NCBI RefSeq assembly: GCF_004010195.1
Contig: NC_057723.1
Coordinates: 45,254,324-45,318,323 of the forward strand
DNA: 64,000 nucleotides
Source of the DNA: Chiloscyllium plagiosum
Lineage: Eukaryota
Direction of reading: 5' to 3'
Shown: piece by piece, positions 25,680 to 39,100 of the stretch
Layout of the letters: the number at the start of each line of letters is the position of its first letter
Numbering within the stretch: the stretch's first letter is position 1
Made by a program: the position numbers and the translations under genes
Notes under the pieces: model-generated
The model's database searches: none
What the model was told of the DNA's origin: nothing
Seen by the model: the letters and a program-made list of their open reading frames with translations, nothing else

Positions 25680-26950
25680 TGCCACTTTATCCTCCAAGAT
25701 GGAAGTCATGCTGCCACCAACTGTGATGATCTCTTGGAACTCTTCTGCTGACTGGATTACTTAAGAGAATTTCTATGAAAGTCTTTCATTTCCTCGCTAT
25801 TATGAGGGGGCAGCCATTCATGTCAGATATCTGAATGTGACCTTGAAGAAGAAAAGGCAGCAAAGAGCCATCTGGAATCTATTTACTCCAAACAAGCTGT
25901 TCATAAATAGTTCCTGACACTCCAATTAGCTTAGGATGTCATTTCTTTACCACCATTGTTTCACAATTCCCTATCTTCCCATTTATCAGTGAAAACCATT
26001 TCAATATTTTCCTGCAATAAAATCTGCAATCAAAATCAATTCTAACAATTTTATCCAACAACACATCCAATAATGGATGCAAAACTGAATTGAGCTATCT
26101 ACTCATCAATTTTCCTTCAGTTTCTGGCTTTGCTTTTTGGCAGGCCATTTCTATGGCATCGTGCTATGACTTTGGGTACAGCATGATGGAAGGAAGTGCT
26201 GGTGACTTTTCATGGAGGAACTTGCAGGTGGCCTGGCAGGACACCGTCAAGCAGCTCTGTGCCTTAAGGCCCAGTTTCTCACTGCACTATTGCAGTGTGG
26301 ACTACAGTAATCTGCTATATTGGCTATGATATCACATTAAAAATGAACAATAGTTTTGTCCTCCACAGAATGACTATCGTCCCTCATGTTGATTCTTCAG
26401 CAATCTTAGAAACCCATTGTATGAGTGATTGCTGTACTCAAGTATAAACCTACATTTCCTTTCAGCACTAAGATCTGCAGGTATTATGATCTGGCAGCAG
26501 TCTGCACCTGTACAACAGCAAGTATGGGACCTTTGTCTAAATATCAAGTGATATACTGAAATGTTGGGTAGTTTCTATCTGTTCTTTAGTGGAACCTGAG
26601 ACATCACAAATAGCCTCTGCATCGTGGCTGGGTCTATAGGTGTTGGCATGGCTAACACTTGCATTTTGGAAAGGATGGGCTCCAAGCTCTGTGTGATGTC
26701 CTGTGCTATGTTGGTGCTCAACTCATCTCTCTTCCTTGACAACAGGCCATCTGGTACACCTGTTAATGAACATCTCAATATGCATGCTCATCAGCATTCC
26801 TCTATAAGTTAGTCCATTTACATCATCATCTCAGTCCCAGTAACAGAACTTTTCCATATGTACATCCTCCATCGAGCTTGCCTATCAACTATCTGCTGCT
26901 CCCCCACGTAGATTTGAACTTCATGTGACCTTTCAAAGTACTCACAATGT
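25680..26950 (-). mobile_element. Harbinger remnant (C-terminal part of Myb-partner gene)
   Basis: ORF 26575-26778 LTGVPDGLLS...STNIAQDITQSLEPILSKM resembles the coiled-coil-like C-terminal exon of such genes. Assignment by resemblance only. Confidence 0.4.
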
Positions 26951-27489
26951 CAATGTTTACACTTGTAGCTGCAAGTGTCAGATCATGGCATTATGTTTCT
27001 TACTGAGAGATCCATAGTAGCTTTTACCTTTCCCCATGAAGTTGGCCAAGTGATAGCTCTGGATATCTAAAAGCAGAAAAGATGGGTTGTAGTGAAGGAA
27101 AGGAAATATGGCATTTTGTTTTATATTGCATCTATGAACATCGGGACATCTTATAATGATAAAGGCACTCCAAAAATATAGGTTGTTGTGATGTGACAAT
27201 AGCAAGAAGGTTAGATATGGATTAAAAATTAGAAAGAGATCATGTACTAATCTGTCCTATTTTGCTAAGGAACCCATTCTTTCAAAAAAAAGATTAACAT
27301 TAGATTAAAATAGACAAACATTTTAAAAATACCCAAAAATTAATCAATGTTTACTTGTTCAGACCTTTTTCTTTATCCATTTGCTGGTGTACATATTCCC
27401 AACTTATTCAATGTTTCTATCAAACTCCTCACTTGACCAACAATTTGACCTCACACAATCTCTAATTCATCCTAAATTACGTGACTTCA

Positions 27490-27820
27490 AATTATATCCA
27501 CCAAAATGTGAAATTGATGCTGTCTTAATTGCTTGTCTTCCCCTGTTCCCTATTCCCTTTAAAATACATGCTCTAATGTTCAATCTCTTCAATCGTTTCC
27601 TTCCACTTTGGTTCAAATTCTTCTGAATCTCTACACAACAACTCCCATCCTCTCTTCTTCTGTATCTCCATTCGATTTAGTTCATTTTTTCAGGCAGGGC
27701 CTTCAACAACTGTTTCCCTGTTCTCAAACTTTCTCAAATATATTTCATTTCCAATTGTTCTCAACCTTGAAAAACTACCCCATACTGTTCAAATGTCATG
27801 TTAGCTACTCTAGAAATAAT
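27490..27820 (+). mobile_element. Old L2-like 3' fragment
   Basis: Pyrimidine-rich remnant with PIPFKIHALMF and GRAFN-like motifs typical of L2 C-termini. Confidence 0.4.
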
Positions 27821-29151
27821 TGATGGACCATTATCTCAGGTACATGGTGATTAGCTACTGGTTTAATTTATTACTGTAAATTAAATCACATAATTGTATG
27901 CGTTAATGTTAAATTTTCCCATAATATTGTTGGCATTCTGTAGAAATACAGTACATGAACTGAAATAACGTTTGAAGAAAGATTTTTCATATTATCCATA
28001 CTCCTCCTTTTACTCTTTAACAATTGCAGAAATTTTGCCTCCAAAACCTCCCTTCATTCAGAATGTTCCTGCATGCATTAATGTTCATGATGAAATTAAC
28101 AAACATAAACTAAAATGTTCATATTTTAATCAGTAGGAAGAAATGCCTAACCAAAAATGCACAAAGTACACTTTAATGAAATTGGAGTTTATTTAAATTA
28201 ATTGAAATACTTTTTTATAATGACATATATGATTCTCAGGTTTAATAGATTTTCTAAAATTTTATGATTTGTATAGTTATGTTATGCCTACTTGGAGAGA
28301 GTGACAGTATGAAAAGATTATCATATAAAATAATGCACATCTTTTAATCAAACATTTACTTCTGATTCAATAAACCAGTGAAAGTAATGTTAAACTGCAA
28401 CTCACATAAGTATTAACTGTGGACATAGTCATGAATGAGTTTGTTTTCTGAAATTTTAAACACAAGGCTAATCTATAATGCTGTTAGTCTGTTTCATATA
28501 ATCCGTCAAATTCCCATCCTTTAATTTAGCAATAATCCATTGAAAAACATCACAGAAGTATGTAGTTTTCAACAGTGATGTTCTAAGAAGAAATTGACTA
28601 TTTGTCTCAGGATGGCTTTAACAAACAGGTACATCCTTTTCTCACCAGGTACTTCACCTGCACAATGTGTTTACAAAAATGCATTCCATTTTATGTTTGA
28701 TTTTCAAAGTGCCAGATTCAATCATGAAATCAATAAAGAAAAAAGCAGTGCATGTCAGTTTTGTAAATCTGTTTACAGGAAACAGTTTGTGGCTTGCTAT
28801 GATGATTATAGGGTGATGATTGTTATTACCATTGTGGCATACGTTACAATCTTAATACTCGCGTCATTTATAGCTATCACAGTTCTTTGTGCATCTCTTA
28901 AGCACGTTGGAAAGTGCTGTGCACTTCAGTAATTATGGTTGCTCATTTCCACTTAAAAAGAATTTCAAATCCATGCTTCGAATAGTAATTCTTCCTTTTT
29001 TTATGATATTATACAGTTTTCAAAATGTCATTAATATGAACAAGGAATTATTTTAAATAATTGTACAATGCCACCTAAGATTCATGAAATATGATTGCCA
29101 GAAAAATAATGCAAAAACATTGCCAACAGTCAATCAAATAAAAATAATTAC

Positions 29152-29170
29152 CTTTTCTTTAACTTCTTCA
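29152..29170 (-). CDS. Candidate 19-nt microexon (EEVKEK or KKLKK frame)
   Basis: Minus strand: gctaattatttttttttacatattgcag|TGAAGAAGTTAAAGAAAAG|gtaatt. Branch-point-like CTAAT, U tract, purine-rich body. Confidence 0.35.
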
Positions 29171-29224
29171 CTGCAATATGTAAAAAAAAATAATTAGCAA
29201 AGAACTGTGAGCACTGGACATCTA

Positions 29225-29322
29225 AAACAACAACAGGAAGTGCTGGAGAAACTCAGCAAGTCTGGCAGTATCTGTGTAGAGAGAATCTTCTGTGACCTGC
29301 TGAGTTTCTTCAGCACTTTCTG
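29225..29322. mobile_element. Hairpin mini-Penelope element
   Basis: CAGGAAGTGCTGGAGAAACTCAGCAAGTC / GACCTGCTGAGTTTCTTCAGCACTTTCTG inverted arms. Confidence 0.65.
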
Positions 29323-29417
29323 ATACAAGAAGAAGATCTTGGGCCTCTGACATCTGTCAATATCGTTTTCTGACTTCCACCAGGATCTGTGAAAATAATG
29401 CAGTTGTCTTAATCACT

Positions 29418-29990
29418 CATAGAACATAGAACATAGAACATAGAACAATACAGCGCAGTACAGGCCCTTTGGCCCTCGATGTTGCGCCGATCCAAGCCCA
29501 CCTAACCTATACTAACCCACTATCCTCCATATACCTATCCAATGCCCGCTTAAATGCCCATAAAGAGGGAGAGTCCACCACTGCTGCTGGCAGGGCATTC
29601 CATGAACTTACGACTCGCTGAGTGAAGAACCTACCCCTAACTTCAGTCCTATATCTACCCCCCCTTAATTTAAAGCTATGCCCCCTTGTAATACCCGACT
29701 CCATACGCGGGAAAAGGTTCACACTGTCAACCCTATCTAACCCCCTAATCATCTTGTACACCTCAATCAAGTCACCCCTAAACCTTCTTTTCTCTAATGA
29801 AAACAGCCCCAAGTGTCTCAGTCTATCCTCATACGATCTTCCTTCCATACCAGGCAACATCCTGGTAAACCTCCTCTGCACCCGTTCCAGTGCCTCCACA
29901 TCCTTCCTATAGTATGGCGACCAAAACTGCACACAATATTCCAGATGCGGCCGCACCAGAGTTTTATACAACTGCATCATGACCTCAGGA
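29418..29990 (-). mobile_element. Young CR1 3' fragment, same subfamily as 6606-8536
   Basis: Uninterrupted 157-aa ORF 29507-29980 (LVRPHLEYCVQFWSPY...RGHSFKLRGG). (CATAGAA)4 tail at 29418. Confidence 0.96.
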
Positions 29991-31349
29991 AAGACTCCTT
30001 GTCTTCCCTCAGTGTATGACTGCTAGATATTCCTTCAAAGCTAAGTTAATATTGGAAACATACCATTTAACAAATCAAAGTTAAAAAAAAGTACTGGTAT
30101 TCACAGTAGTGAGTAATCCACATCATTTATCTAAAAAATGTCAAGAAAGCTTTCTTTTTGGGAATAATTACACAGATTCTCCCGATCTACTGCTGTAACT
30201 TTAATCAAAACCATGAAAAAACTGACATAAATGGTTCTTTCTGCAGAATATCAAAACATCTTCCTGTGCAGCTGCTATGGAGGTTTATTGTTTTCATGTG
30301 AAGGCTACTTCTGAAACACATTCCTACTCAGATCTGACTCCTCTACTGAAACCCACAAATCGGTGATTCACAGTGAACAACATACTTTCAGTGCTGGAAA
30401 AACAAGAATTGATGCAATAGAATAATTGACCATCATGCATTCTGTGGAATGATGTGCTTTGTAATCTAAAACATAGAAATACCCAAGATTGAACAATGGT
30501 AATTTCTGTCTCGTGTGAAAATGAAGTGCCTTAAAGGAGTTATATATGAAGAAAGACTTGTTTTGTGTAACACCTTTCATGATCTTGGGATGGTCAAAAG
30601 CACTTTACAGACAATGAAAAACTTTTCAAGTATAGGCACTGGTGTCACATATACTCATGTGTTAACATTTAATCATCTCATTCAGGCTTGTCTTGCAACT
30701 GTGACACAGAAATGAGTATGACGTATTCATCCTAAGCCCACTTTAATCAATTAAGGCTGAGATATGTTAAAGTGTTGCCTTGTCATAGCTAGCAACATCT
30801 GGTACCATAAAATTAATATTCTAGAAACTACAGCTGTTCATCTAATTAATAGCTTACTAATGTGCTTTTATGTATTTCTATGGAGAGAAAAAAAAACTGG
30901 GTAAAGAGTGAACAATGATAGACAATGTCTTGTTTAAATGTGTTGTCAACGTTTCTTCTGGGAATTACTTGACAAGCTTGAAATATGATTTGGGCACAGT
31001 GTTGAAGGCGTAATAAACTGGATAATTGAATCTAACAGGAAAATAGTTAGAATAATGAGGTATAGCTTTGATCTCGTTTCTCTGCATTACAATTATCAAG
31101 GCCAAGATTTAATGAGCACTAATGATACCAAGAGAAGAGCCTTCTTGATATATTTAATATTTTTAAACATTGTGAAGATGAGAGGAATCCAGAGGACATG
31201 CATATATCATAAATGTAAGTGGATCACAGCTGTAGAACATAGGCACATAAGAAGTCAGGAAGGACAGTCAAGGCAATAGAATTAGAAGAGTGATATACTT
31301 AGAATGTGAAAAAATGGTTAAACATAAAATGAGAGGAATCCTATTAAAA

Positions 31350-32340
31350 TGAGCTTGAATATCTGCACAACAATGCAGTAAGTGTCCATAGTAAAATCAG
31401 AGAGCTGGAGGCAATCTTTCATTTGGAGAAACCAGATTTAGTAGGGATTACCAAGATGTGAATACTGAAAAATCAGGACTGAGAATTGCTAAATTGTGAA
31501 AGAGTGATATGAAAGAGATATAGAAATTAATTAGTGCATTGTGGAAGTAAAAAAGAAACAATAATAAGCATGGTAGAATCAACTCCCTTTGTATTATTTG
31601 GATATATGAAGGGATAAAGAGGTGTACAAACTCCCAATCCCAGCTACCTGGTATGTGAGAGGAAGAGGAAAAGAGAAAGAGAGAGGCTGTCAATTGTTAA
31701 AATTAGAGTGTTGTTATTATTTTCTTAGACTGGATTAAGTGCAATAAATATTTCTTTCTAAACAAAGGATTTTTAGAAGATCAGGATGCACAAATTAAAT
31801 GAGAATTTGCACCCAAATGTTGACTGAGCCACAGATACTTACCTAAATGACATGAGAATGGATACATGCATTGTGTGTTACCCAATGATGAAATAGGATG
31901 TCTGAAGCTTGGCTGCAGAAGCTCAGTAAATTTCCCAGAAAATAGGGACCATTTTGATCCTGAAAAGAGATGGAGGGAAAATGTTTCAAGCAGGACAGAG
32001 ATACAATATTGCTCTCAAGTAAAGCTTGAGAGAAGCAACACAATATATTTTTCCATTTAATAGAATTTAAAAATTGGAAGTATCATGCAATATTGGAAGA
32101 CTATCATGCAGTTTTGCTATCAAACAGAACGTAAACACTGTAATGATGTTATTAACCTTTTGAAGAAACTTCCAGGCAATACCTTTAAACAGCATTATTT
32201 GAAAGCAAAAGAAGGCAAGAGATTATTAAAACATTGCAGACATGTTGCAGATTCAAAACAACTTTAAAGTAAGACAATGAGAAGACAATAACGCTTTCAA
32301 AACAATTTAATTTTGGAGATGGATCAAACAGAACAGGTGA
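31350..32340 (+). mobile_element. Very old CR1 endonuclease-region remnant
   Basis: YLHNNAVSVHSKIRELEAIFHLEKPDLVGIT at about 31357-31452 resembles the APE N-terminus (YTNARS..NK..EL...DIV.ITETW). Confidence 0.55.
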
Positions 32341-32400
32341 TTGGACACCTGGGAGAAGAGAATTCTTAAGTAGTAAAATATATTCAAAATTAAAAACTAA

Positions 32401-35105
32401 GGGCAGAATTTCCCTTCCCAGGTGTGGCATGAACAATGTCAACACAGTTGGGAAAATAGGGAGAGAATGAAATAATCAGAATGTCAGTGTTGCAGAAAAC
32501 AACGATGATTTTCCCTTCAAACTTTAAATGATGATATCAGCATCTTGTTATTGAATGGGAATGATATTATTTACCTGCATTTCCATCTCATTAATATCCC
32601 AATAAGCCTTATTTTACACCACTTCTAATTCTTCTTCCTCCTCTAAACAGGAATGTTGCAAATTGCTGACACGTAAATCAAATGGGTTCCTGGTAGCTGC
32701 AGCTCACTGAATGCTTGTCCTGGCTACAATCCAACTGTTCTTCATAAATCTGTCCCTGCATACTGCATGACCACCATCTCCTTGATGTTACATTCATGCA
32801 GCTCAGCATCAGCAGATTACCTGTCTCATTATGTCATCATACCAGATCTAGGTTAACTCACATATCACTTCAGCCCTTAAGATTTTACTCTGGACCTCAG
32901 GATGCCTGTGATTTCATTATTCTGCCAGTTCACCTTGTGTGCAGACACACACACACACACACATCTCTTGCATCTGCATTGGTTGCATCTTATAACTCGT
33001 AGCTTGATTTTTGTAGTACTTACTCACTTTTTGTTTACTTGGAGGCTGTGTGTTAAATATTGTTTTTTTTGGTGCACAGATTCCTCAGTGTTCAGTTATG
33101 CCTACCAGCTCATGTGAATTGCATTGTGTTTTTTAGCAAAGGGAGAGAGAGAGGGGGGCAGGTGACTTGTCATGGTCAGAGCATTGAGCAGTCAAGGGGA
33201 TGACATGTCACTAGTCAGCACCAGACTATGTTAGAATCTCAACTTTCACAAGTGGAACTGCAAGTCAGTCCCACTGAAATCTGTTGCAATCTTACCATGC
33301 CAGATAAAAAGTCAATTACACAATAACTGCACAAAATGGCTGACTCCCCATACAATGTGACTGGAGTGTGTTACTTTTAATTTGGAGTAAAACATTTGTA
33401 ATTCGAGACTAGGAGCAATTACAGTAATCATACCTTTACTGATTAAGTAATTAATCCTTTGGCTTAAATATGCACTTCAAGCTCTAGTTGTTCATTGTTT
33501 AAGAGCACACTTTTAAGAAATATGGCCTCAAGCAATCATGATGATAACATTGCCCTGTTGTCTTTACCTCTTTGACATGAAGTACTGATGATCTGATCCT
33601 GTCACTCTATTTACCTACTCATCATGTCAGCTAAGCAAATGTAATAAGACAAAGGCACTTGAAATTGGCCCATGAGCTTTCCATTTCATCTAGATATTCT
33701 ATATTTAGCACTGGAAGACAACACTTTACAATTGTCACGTTGCACACTAAATTGCATTTCACAGGTACCAACTCAAAACTGTACCTGGGATGCCCCTGTC
33801 ACAAAAGCCCATATATTCATATTGTTTTTACTCGCTGCAGCTAGGGTATTAGGCTTTACTGCAATTGTAGTTTCCTGCAGGTTCGGGGTGCAATCAATTG
33901 CACCCATATGGAAATTTGAGCAGCCTATCATAAACCAGCAGTCTCTGAGAACAGAAAATAAGTGTACCTGTAAATACACCAGCCACATAATATAGGTCTG
34001 CATTAGATATCCAGGGACCTTTACACCTTCAACCACTATCCAAACACTTTTAAAAGTGCTCAGCACATACAGGATGGTTTTTGGATGACAAGAGATATTC
34101 CATTCCACATCTGGCTGATGACACCTCTAAGAAATCCTCAGATTGCCATTGATGAGAGATACTAAGCTTCAGCCAGGGTCATTGTAAATCAGAATTTAGG
34201 CCTCCTGCAGGTAAGGTCTGGTATTTAAACTACTCAGGTGATGCAATATACCCCAGAGTGTCTCAAATCACTTTGGTGTGCTTCACTCTCCAATATCTCA
34301 ATCGCCAAAGGTAGGGTGGGGCAGTTGTTGGCAAAAGTAGAGATGCTCTAACAAGTGAAAACCTCTGAGGAGAAAGATGAGGGCAAGAATTTTCACTTGG
34401 CCTATAATAACCTTCAAAGAGTGTTGTATTTTGTCTCACAACAGAAATGCAATATACTTTTAAGGGATATGCTCATTATGTTTTCACCATGCCATGGCAT
34501 TTGAGCTAAGGCTATAATCTTCCCCGTCTGACTGATTGCAGCATGACACACTGAGGGAAGCGTGTTACAGTGTATGTGAATTGTTTAGCTTGTGTCCAGT
34601 CAGGCAAACACTATTGATTGCAGTGGATATTTGTAGGTACAAGGAGATGTAATAAAAGTTCATAGAATTCTCAATACTCCATGACACATATCTCATTCTT
34701 ATGTTAGAGATGCAAACAGATGGATCACAAAGTGACAAAGTCAAAAATCACACAACATCAGGTTTTGGTCCAATAGATTTATTTGTACACAGAGTGACAG
34801 GATCAGATCATCAGTACTTCATGTCAAAGAGGTAAAGACAACAGAGCAATTTTCCACAGTGCCAGAGAGGCAAGAGAAAACTTTATAGCCCCCTGCTTCA
34901 AGAATGCCTAAGTTGCCCAGGGACATTTCCTGCAAATATTAAGATTTCATTCACACTGTTGGCTGACAAACCTCTGTTCGCTGTATTCACAATTCCTCAT
35001 AATTGTGATTGATGTTCATTTGCTTTTATTGAGTAGTAGAATGGTGACTTTTAAATTTAACTCTGGTTCTGATATCATTACTTCTGTAAAAGGTAAAATC
35101 CACCC
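32401..35105 (+). mobile_element. Decayed Harbinger element with transposase remnant (about 33560-34400)
   Basis: Frameshifted GAINCTH, RYPG, GWFLDDKRY..WLMTP, HASARVIV..LGLL, QYTP motifs of DDE_Tnp_4/HARBI1. Starts TAA|GGGCAGAATTT; possible far end AAAATCCACCC. Confidence 0.7.
34738..34787. mobile_element. 50-bp retroelement terminus with 12-bp TSD
   Basis: AAAAATCACACAACATCAGGTTTTGGTCCAATAGATTTATTTG between CACAAAGTGACA (34726-34737) and CACAGAGTGACA (34788-34799). Confidence 0.55.
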
Positions 35106-35739
35106 ACACTTTTCCTAGATCAATATTTGTGTGAAAGCAACTATGATACACTGGACATGTCTAATACTGCATGAATCACATCAGGATGTCCATTCCCCAA
35201 TGAGAGTGACTGAGTTGTCCCATTTCATGGGTTTGCTCCTTATGCACCATGATCCTCATGATTCTTGCTCTGTTGAAGAATGCAATGATTCTTTCCAGTG
35301 GTCTTGCATCTTTGCCCACATTTTTTTTAATGAAGTTGTTGCAATGTGTGGAACACATCTCTGGAGCAGGTAGAAATTGAACCAAGGCCTCTTGGCTCAG
35401 AGGTGATTTCATATATCAGTTTGGTTTGGAATGCATGCAACGTTGTGGATTTTCTTTTTGTATTATGGCTAAGATAATCAGTGACAGAGGCAAGGTAAGC
35501 TATCGATTGTTAGTTGAATGGGAAATTAGGCTGTGTTCACTGACATCACAAACCGATGATTTGACTATACGTAGATCACCAGGTTGGTGCTCGTTATTTA
35601 CTCCTTTAACTCATTGCAAGCAGGTCACCATGTACATTTTGGAAGTAAACCTTGATAAATTGCGACATGCATTCTGCCTGAGTGGTGCAGGTATTGAACG
35701 TATTGATTAAGCACCAAAATGCTTTGCTCAATCATATTT

Positions 35740-36320
35740 TGTCTAGCTCAGATTTCATAGTAGGCATTTTTCCAATATATGAATGCACTGTGCATCGCAG
35801 TCAGATACGATGTGTTCAGTGGATAACCATTATCAGTCAATAGTCAGCTTCTGGTTTATTGTAATGTCTTAATGCAGATGATACGACAAGCTGCTGCAAA
35901 TTGAAGGCATTAGGGCTGTTGCCAGGATACTGAACAGTGACCTGCATGGCTATGGTTACAAACCAGCTTGACATTGATGCTATGGAATTTCTGTCATTGT
36001 GGTAAATTACAGAGTCAGTTTGTAGCACACACAAAATGTGATGTATATGTAATTAATGGCACTCTGCAAAGCCACATGTTTTCTCCAACGAGTTCTCACA
36101 GCATTAGAAAATGAGCTATACTATGTTCTCCTTTGATATGGGCCTTCAGTGATCACCCTTATGCTACAATAAATGACAATCTGGGGATACGCAAATTTCA
36201 CAAGCTCTAGACTAAAAAAGATTCATTTAAGTTCACAACCATTATCAGCTTACAGCTGTAGGCAATGTTGCCCTCATCCAGATCTGAGACTGTTATTTGG
36301 TCTGCAAGAAGAGACAATTT
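35740..36320 (-). mobile_element. Harbinger transposase remnant (second copy, opposite strand)
   Basis: Minus strand ATLPTAV, LQSAINYIY, FHSINVKLVC, MQVTVQYPGNSPNAFNLQQ match HARBI1-type catalytic motifs. Confidence 0.75.
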
Positions 36321-37139
36321 CAATGATTACCTCCTTAGTAAAGTGGAAATGTCTAATGTACTGTTCCTGAATGAGACTGAGTTAGGAGAATTGCCCCTTT
36401 AATATTTTTGGTGAATATTTTCTCCTGCAAAGAGCTTTTACACACCCTGCTCCGATATGTCAACCTTTCTCATTCTCTCTGCCATGATGTTATCCAAAGT
36501 GGAGCAAAGATACTGTACCCATGTCTGAAAAGGTTTGTTGCAAAGTATCATTAAAGTCAGGAACAAATCTTTCAGTATTTGCTACACCACTCCCTGTAAA
36601 CATTAATAACTTTCAATACAGTGAAATCCGCTTAATACATCTACAAATTCAACAACAGCAGAAAGCAGTCAAAATGTAGACTCCATACTATTGATGGTCC
36701 CTTTAAATGACACTGGTAAGGATTCATTCTTGCTGCTGAATACATGTTCAGCTAAGCGTGTTTAAGAGATGGCATTAGCTGAAGCATTGAGCTCCAAAAT
36801 GGCACAGCTGGCATCAAATCAATGTTACAAACTGTTTGACTTAACAATCTGTTGACACTGTATAGAGTAATAAAGAAATTTTTAAAATATTGCAGTGGGA
36901 TAGAAAGAGCAGTCGGATTTATTGTCATGTGAAATGTTTATTCCCTTACTCATAAATAGAATCTACAGGTCAAAAATATTCTGTTTTATTATCCTCAATC
37001 AGCAAGATATTTAACATTTTGTTCTACTTGACCTAATGAGTGATAATTGTTGCAATTATGTTCCCTGTGGATCAAATGAATATTGTCATCTCCAAAGGAA
37101 AGAAGGGTATGCTTGCTTGAATGCAATTTTGATGTTAAA

Positions 37140-37380
37140 ACTACAGTATTGCCATCATCCACTATTCTAGATAAGTGTGTGCCATTCTAAAACCCATAAT
37201 GGCATCCGCAATAATGTTTTTTTTATGTATTCTACACAATTTTGCTCTTAAAAGAATCACCATGGAGCTGGTGGAAGAGAGGCGCTATTATGTAAATACT
37301 GATAATAAAGCTAAGACAGTGAGAGCTGTTAGTTGTACCGGAGCTGCAGAAATAAAAAAAAACCACCAAAGATAAATCCA
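37140..37380 (+). mobile_element. Harbinger transposase C-terminal remnant
   Basis: CILHNFAL in ORF 37175-37375 (cf. CCxLHNxA). Confidence 0.45.
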
Positions 37381-38109
37381 GCAACATCTCATGTACATTT
37401 TTTCAATTAAAATTAACATTACCCAGCAAAACTTTGCTAAATACATGTTGCCAATGAACTGGAGAACAAATCCCCTCATTATTCTGTGCTTGACCACACT
37501 CCACCATTTATCTTTTGCTGCAGAAATTCTCCCTATGGAAGTGAACATGCAATTTTTGTCATTTATTTTTCCAATAAGAGTTATTTCTGTTTTCTTCCCT
37601 CAGTTCTTCCCCTTTGTGACTCTGTGCTGTGATTATATCCCACTGATTAATGTTCTGTTCTCAGCGGTACCCTGTTGAGAGAAGCAAATGAGACAAGGGG
37701 TTTGATAGATGTAACTTCCAGGGACAAAGCTAACTTTTCACCTCGTTCTGCCAAGACGTAGATAACCTTGCAACAGGCTGCATTATATTTGACATTGTGC
37801 TGGCTGCTAGATCTGGCCTTTTTGGTCCTGCATTGGTTTTCGGTATTCAAGAGATAACTGCAGTTCTGATAAAATGGATCACAAACTTGAAATGTTAACT
37901 CTGATTCTCCTTCTGAAGATACTGCCAGAATATTTGCTTCCAATGTTTTCTATGATTAATTTTCCTGTATCAGAAAAACCTCTTTGTTGAGAGTCAACCA
38001 TTGAATACAATAATACAGGCACGCTTTCATTTCCAGAATCACAGATCCTTCTTCCTAGCTGGATTGAGAAGGTACTGGTGAACATATTATAGAAATTCCT
38101 CTGTGTTCA

Positions 38110-39100
38110 TTTCACAGAATCAGAGAATTATTATAGTACAGAAGGAGTTGATTCACCCTGTTGTGTTTGCACCATCATTTTGAATTAGTATTTTTCTTAA
38201 TGCCATTCTTCTATGTTCTCCTTGTATTTGCATACTGATCTTTCTCAAATGGTACCCTTTTGACTGCATCAATTGATCCTGCCTCTAATACTCCCTCAAG
38301 AAGTGCATTCCAGGCCCTAGCTATTTGCTTTGATAAAAATCTTTTCCCTCACATTATGTTGCTCAAATTAATATTTAGGTGATTAAAGACGCACTGTGTC
38401 ACTACTCTGTATTTCTTGTACATCTCGGTGATTTCCTGGCAGATTGTCTTCTTGGGTATTTCTTTCTCATTACTGGAAACCTATGAAAAAGACTAAGTGC
38501 CATCATCAGACCCATTTTACTTCTCTATTCGAAAGGGATTGTGTCATTGCCCTTTCAAAAGAATCTTCACTTTCCACACTACAAATGCTTTCTCTGATAG
38601 TTACTGCCACCAAAACTCATTTTCTTCCATCCCTAACAGTTTGAAACACTTTACATTTGTTCACACTAAGAAGTGTCACTACTTTTAAGTTGTATTTCTG
38701 TACGTAACATACCGAATGTTTGCATCTTCTGTATTTGCATAGAAACACTCTAAATATATTTTTGTATTCTGATTAATCTTTCTTTGTCTGCTGCTATCGT
38801 ATATGATACTGCCTCCTTCTCCAGTACTACCCTCCATTCTCAGTCTTTTGTGCACCTTAATTCCACTTCTATATGTTTGTGCCTACCTCCCTCTGGTCTT
38901 CTCCAAAAACTTTCAAGTACACCTCTCCATGAGGACATTGATTCAGTCTTGTTGAAGTGAACCCAACCTTTCTAAGTAGATGACTTCTATCCAAGAACTG
39001 GTCCCAGTCTTGCCACAGATTTGAAGCTTTCCTTCCTGCACCATGCCTCAAGTCACTCATTGATCCTCCCTATTTGGCTATTTCTTCCCTTGCTGGATGC
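38110..39100 (-). mobile_element. CR1 fragments
   Basis: ACAGAATCAGAGAAT..ACAGAAGGAG tail and CR1 3' UTR at 38110-38360; more decayed LINE sequence beyond. Confidence 0.55.

Noticed and set aside
31836-31870. Minus-strand AG|GTAAGT resembling a recursive splice site
   Set aside because: Weak pyrimidine tract and embedded in old LINE-derived sequence.
32945-32963. (CA)n microsatellite
   Set aside because: Short and ordinary.
33659-34108. Overlapping ORFs over the Harbinger transposase as a possible domesticated HARBI1-like gene
   Set aside because: Catalytic motifs are spread over different frames with stops.
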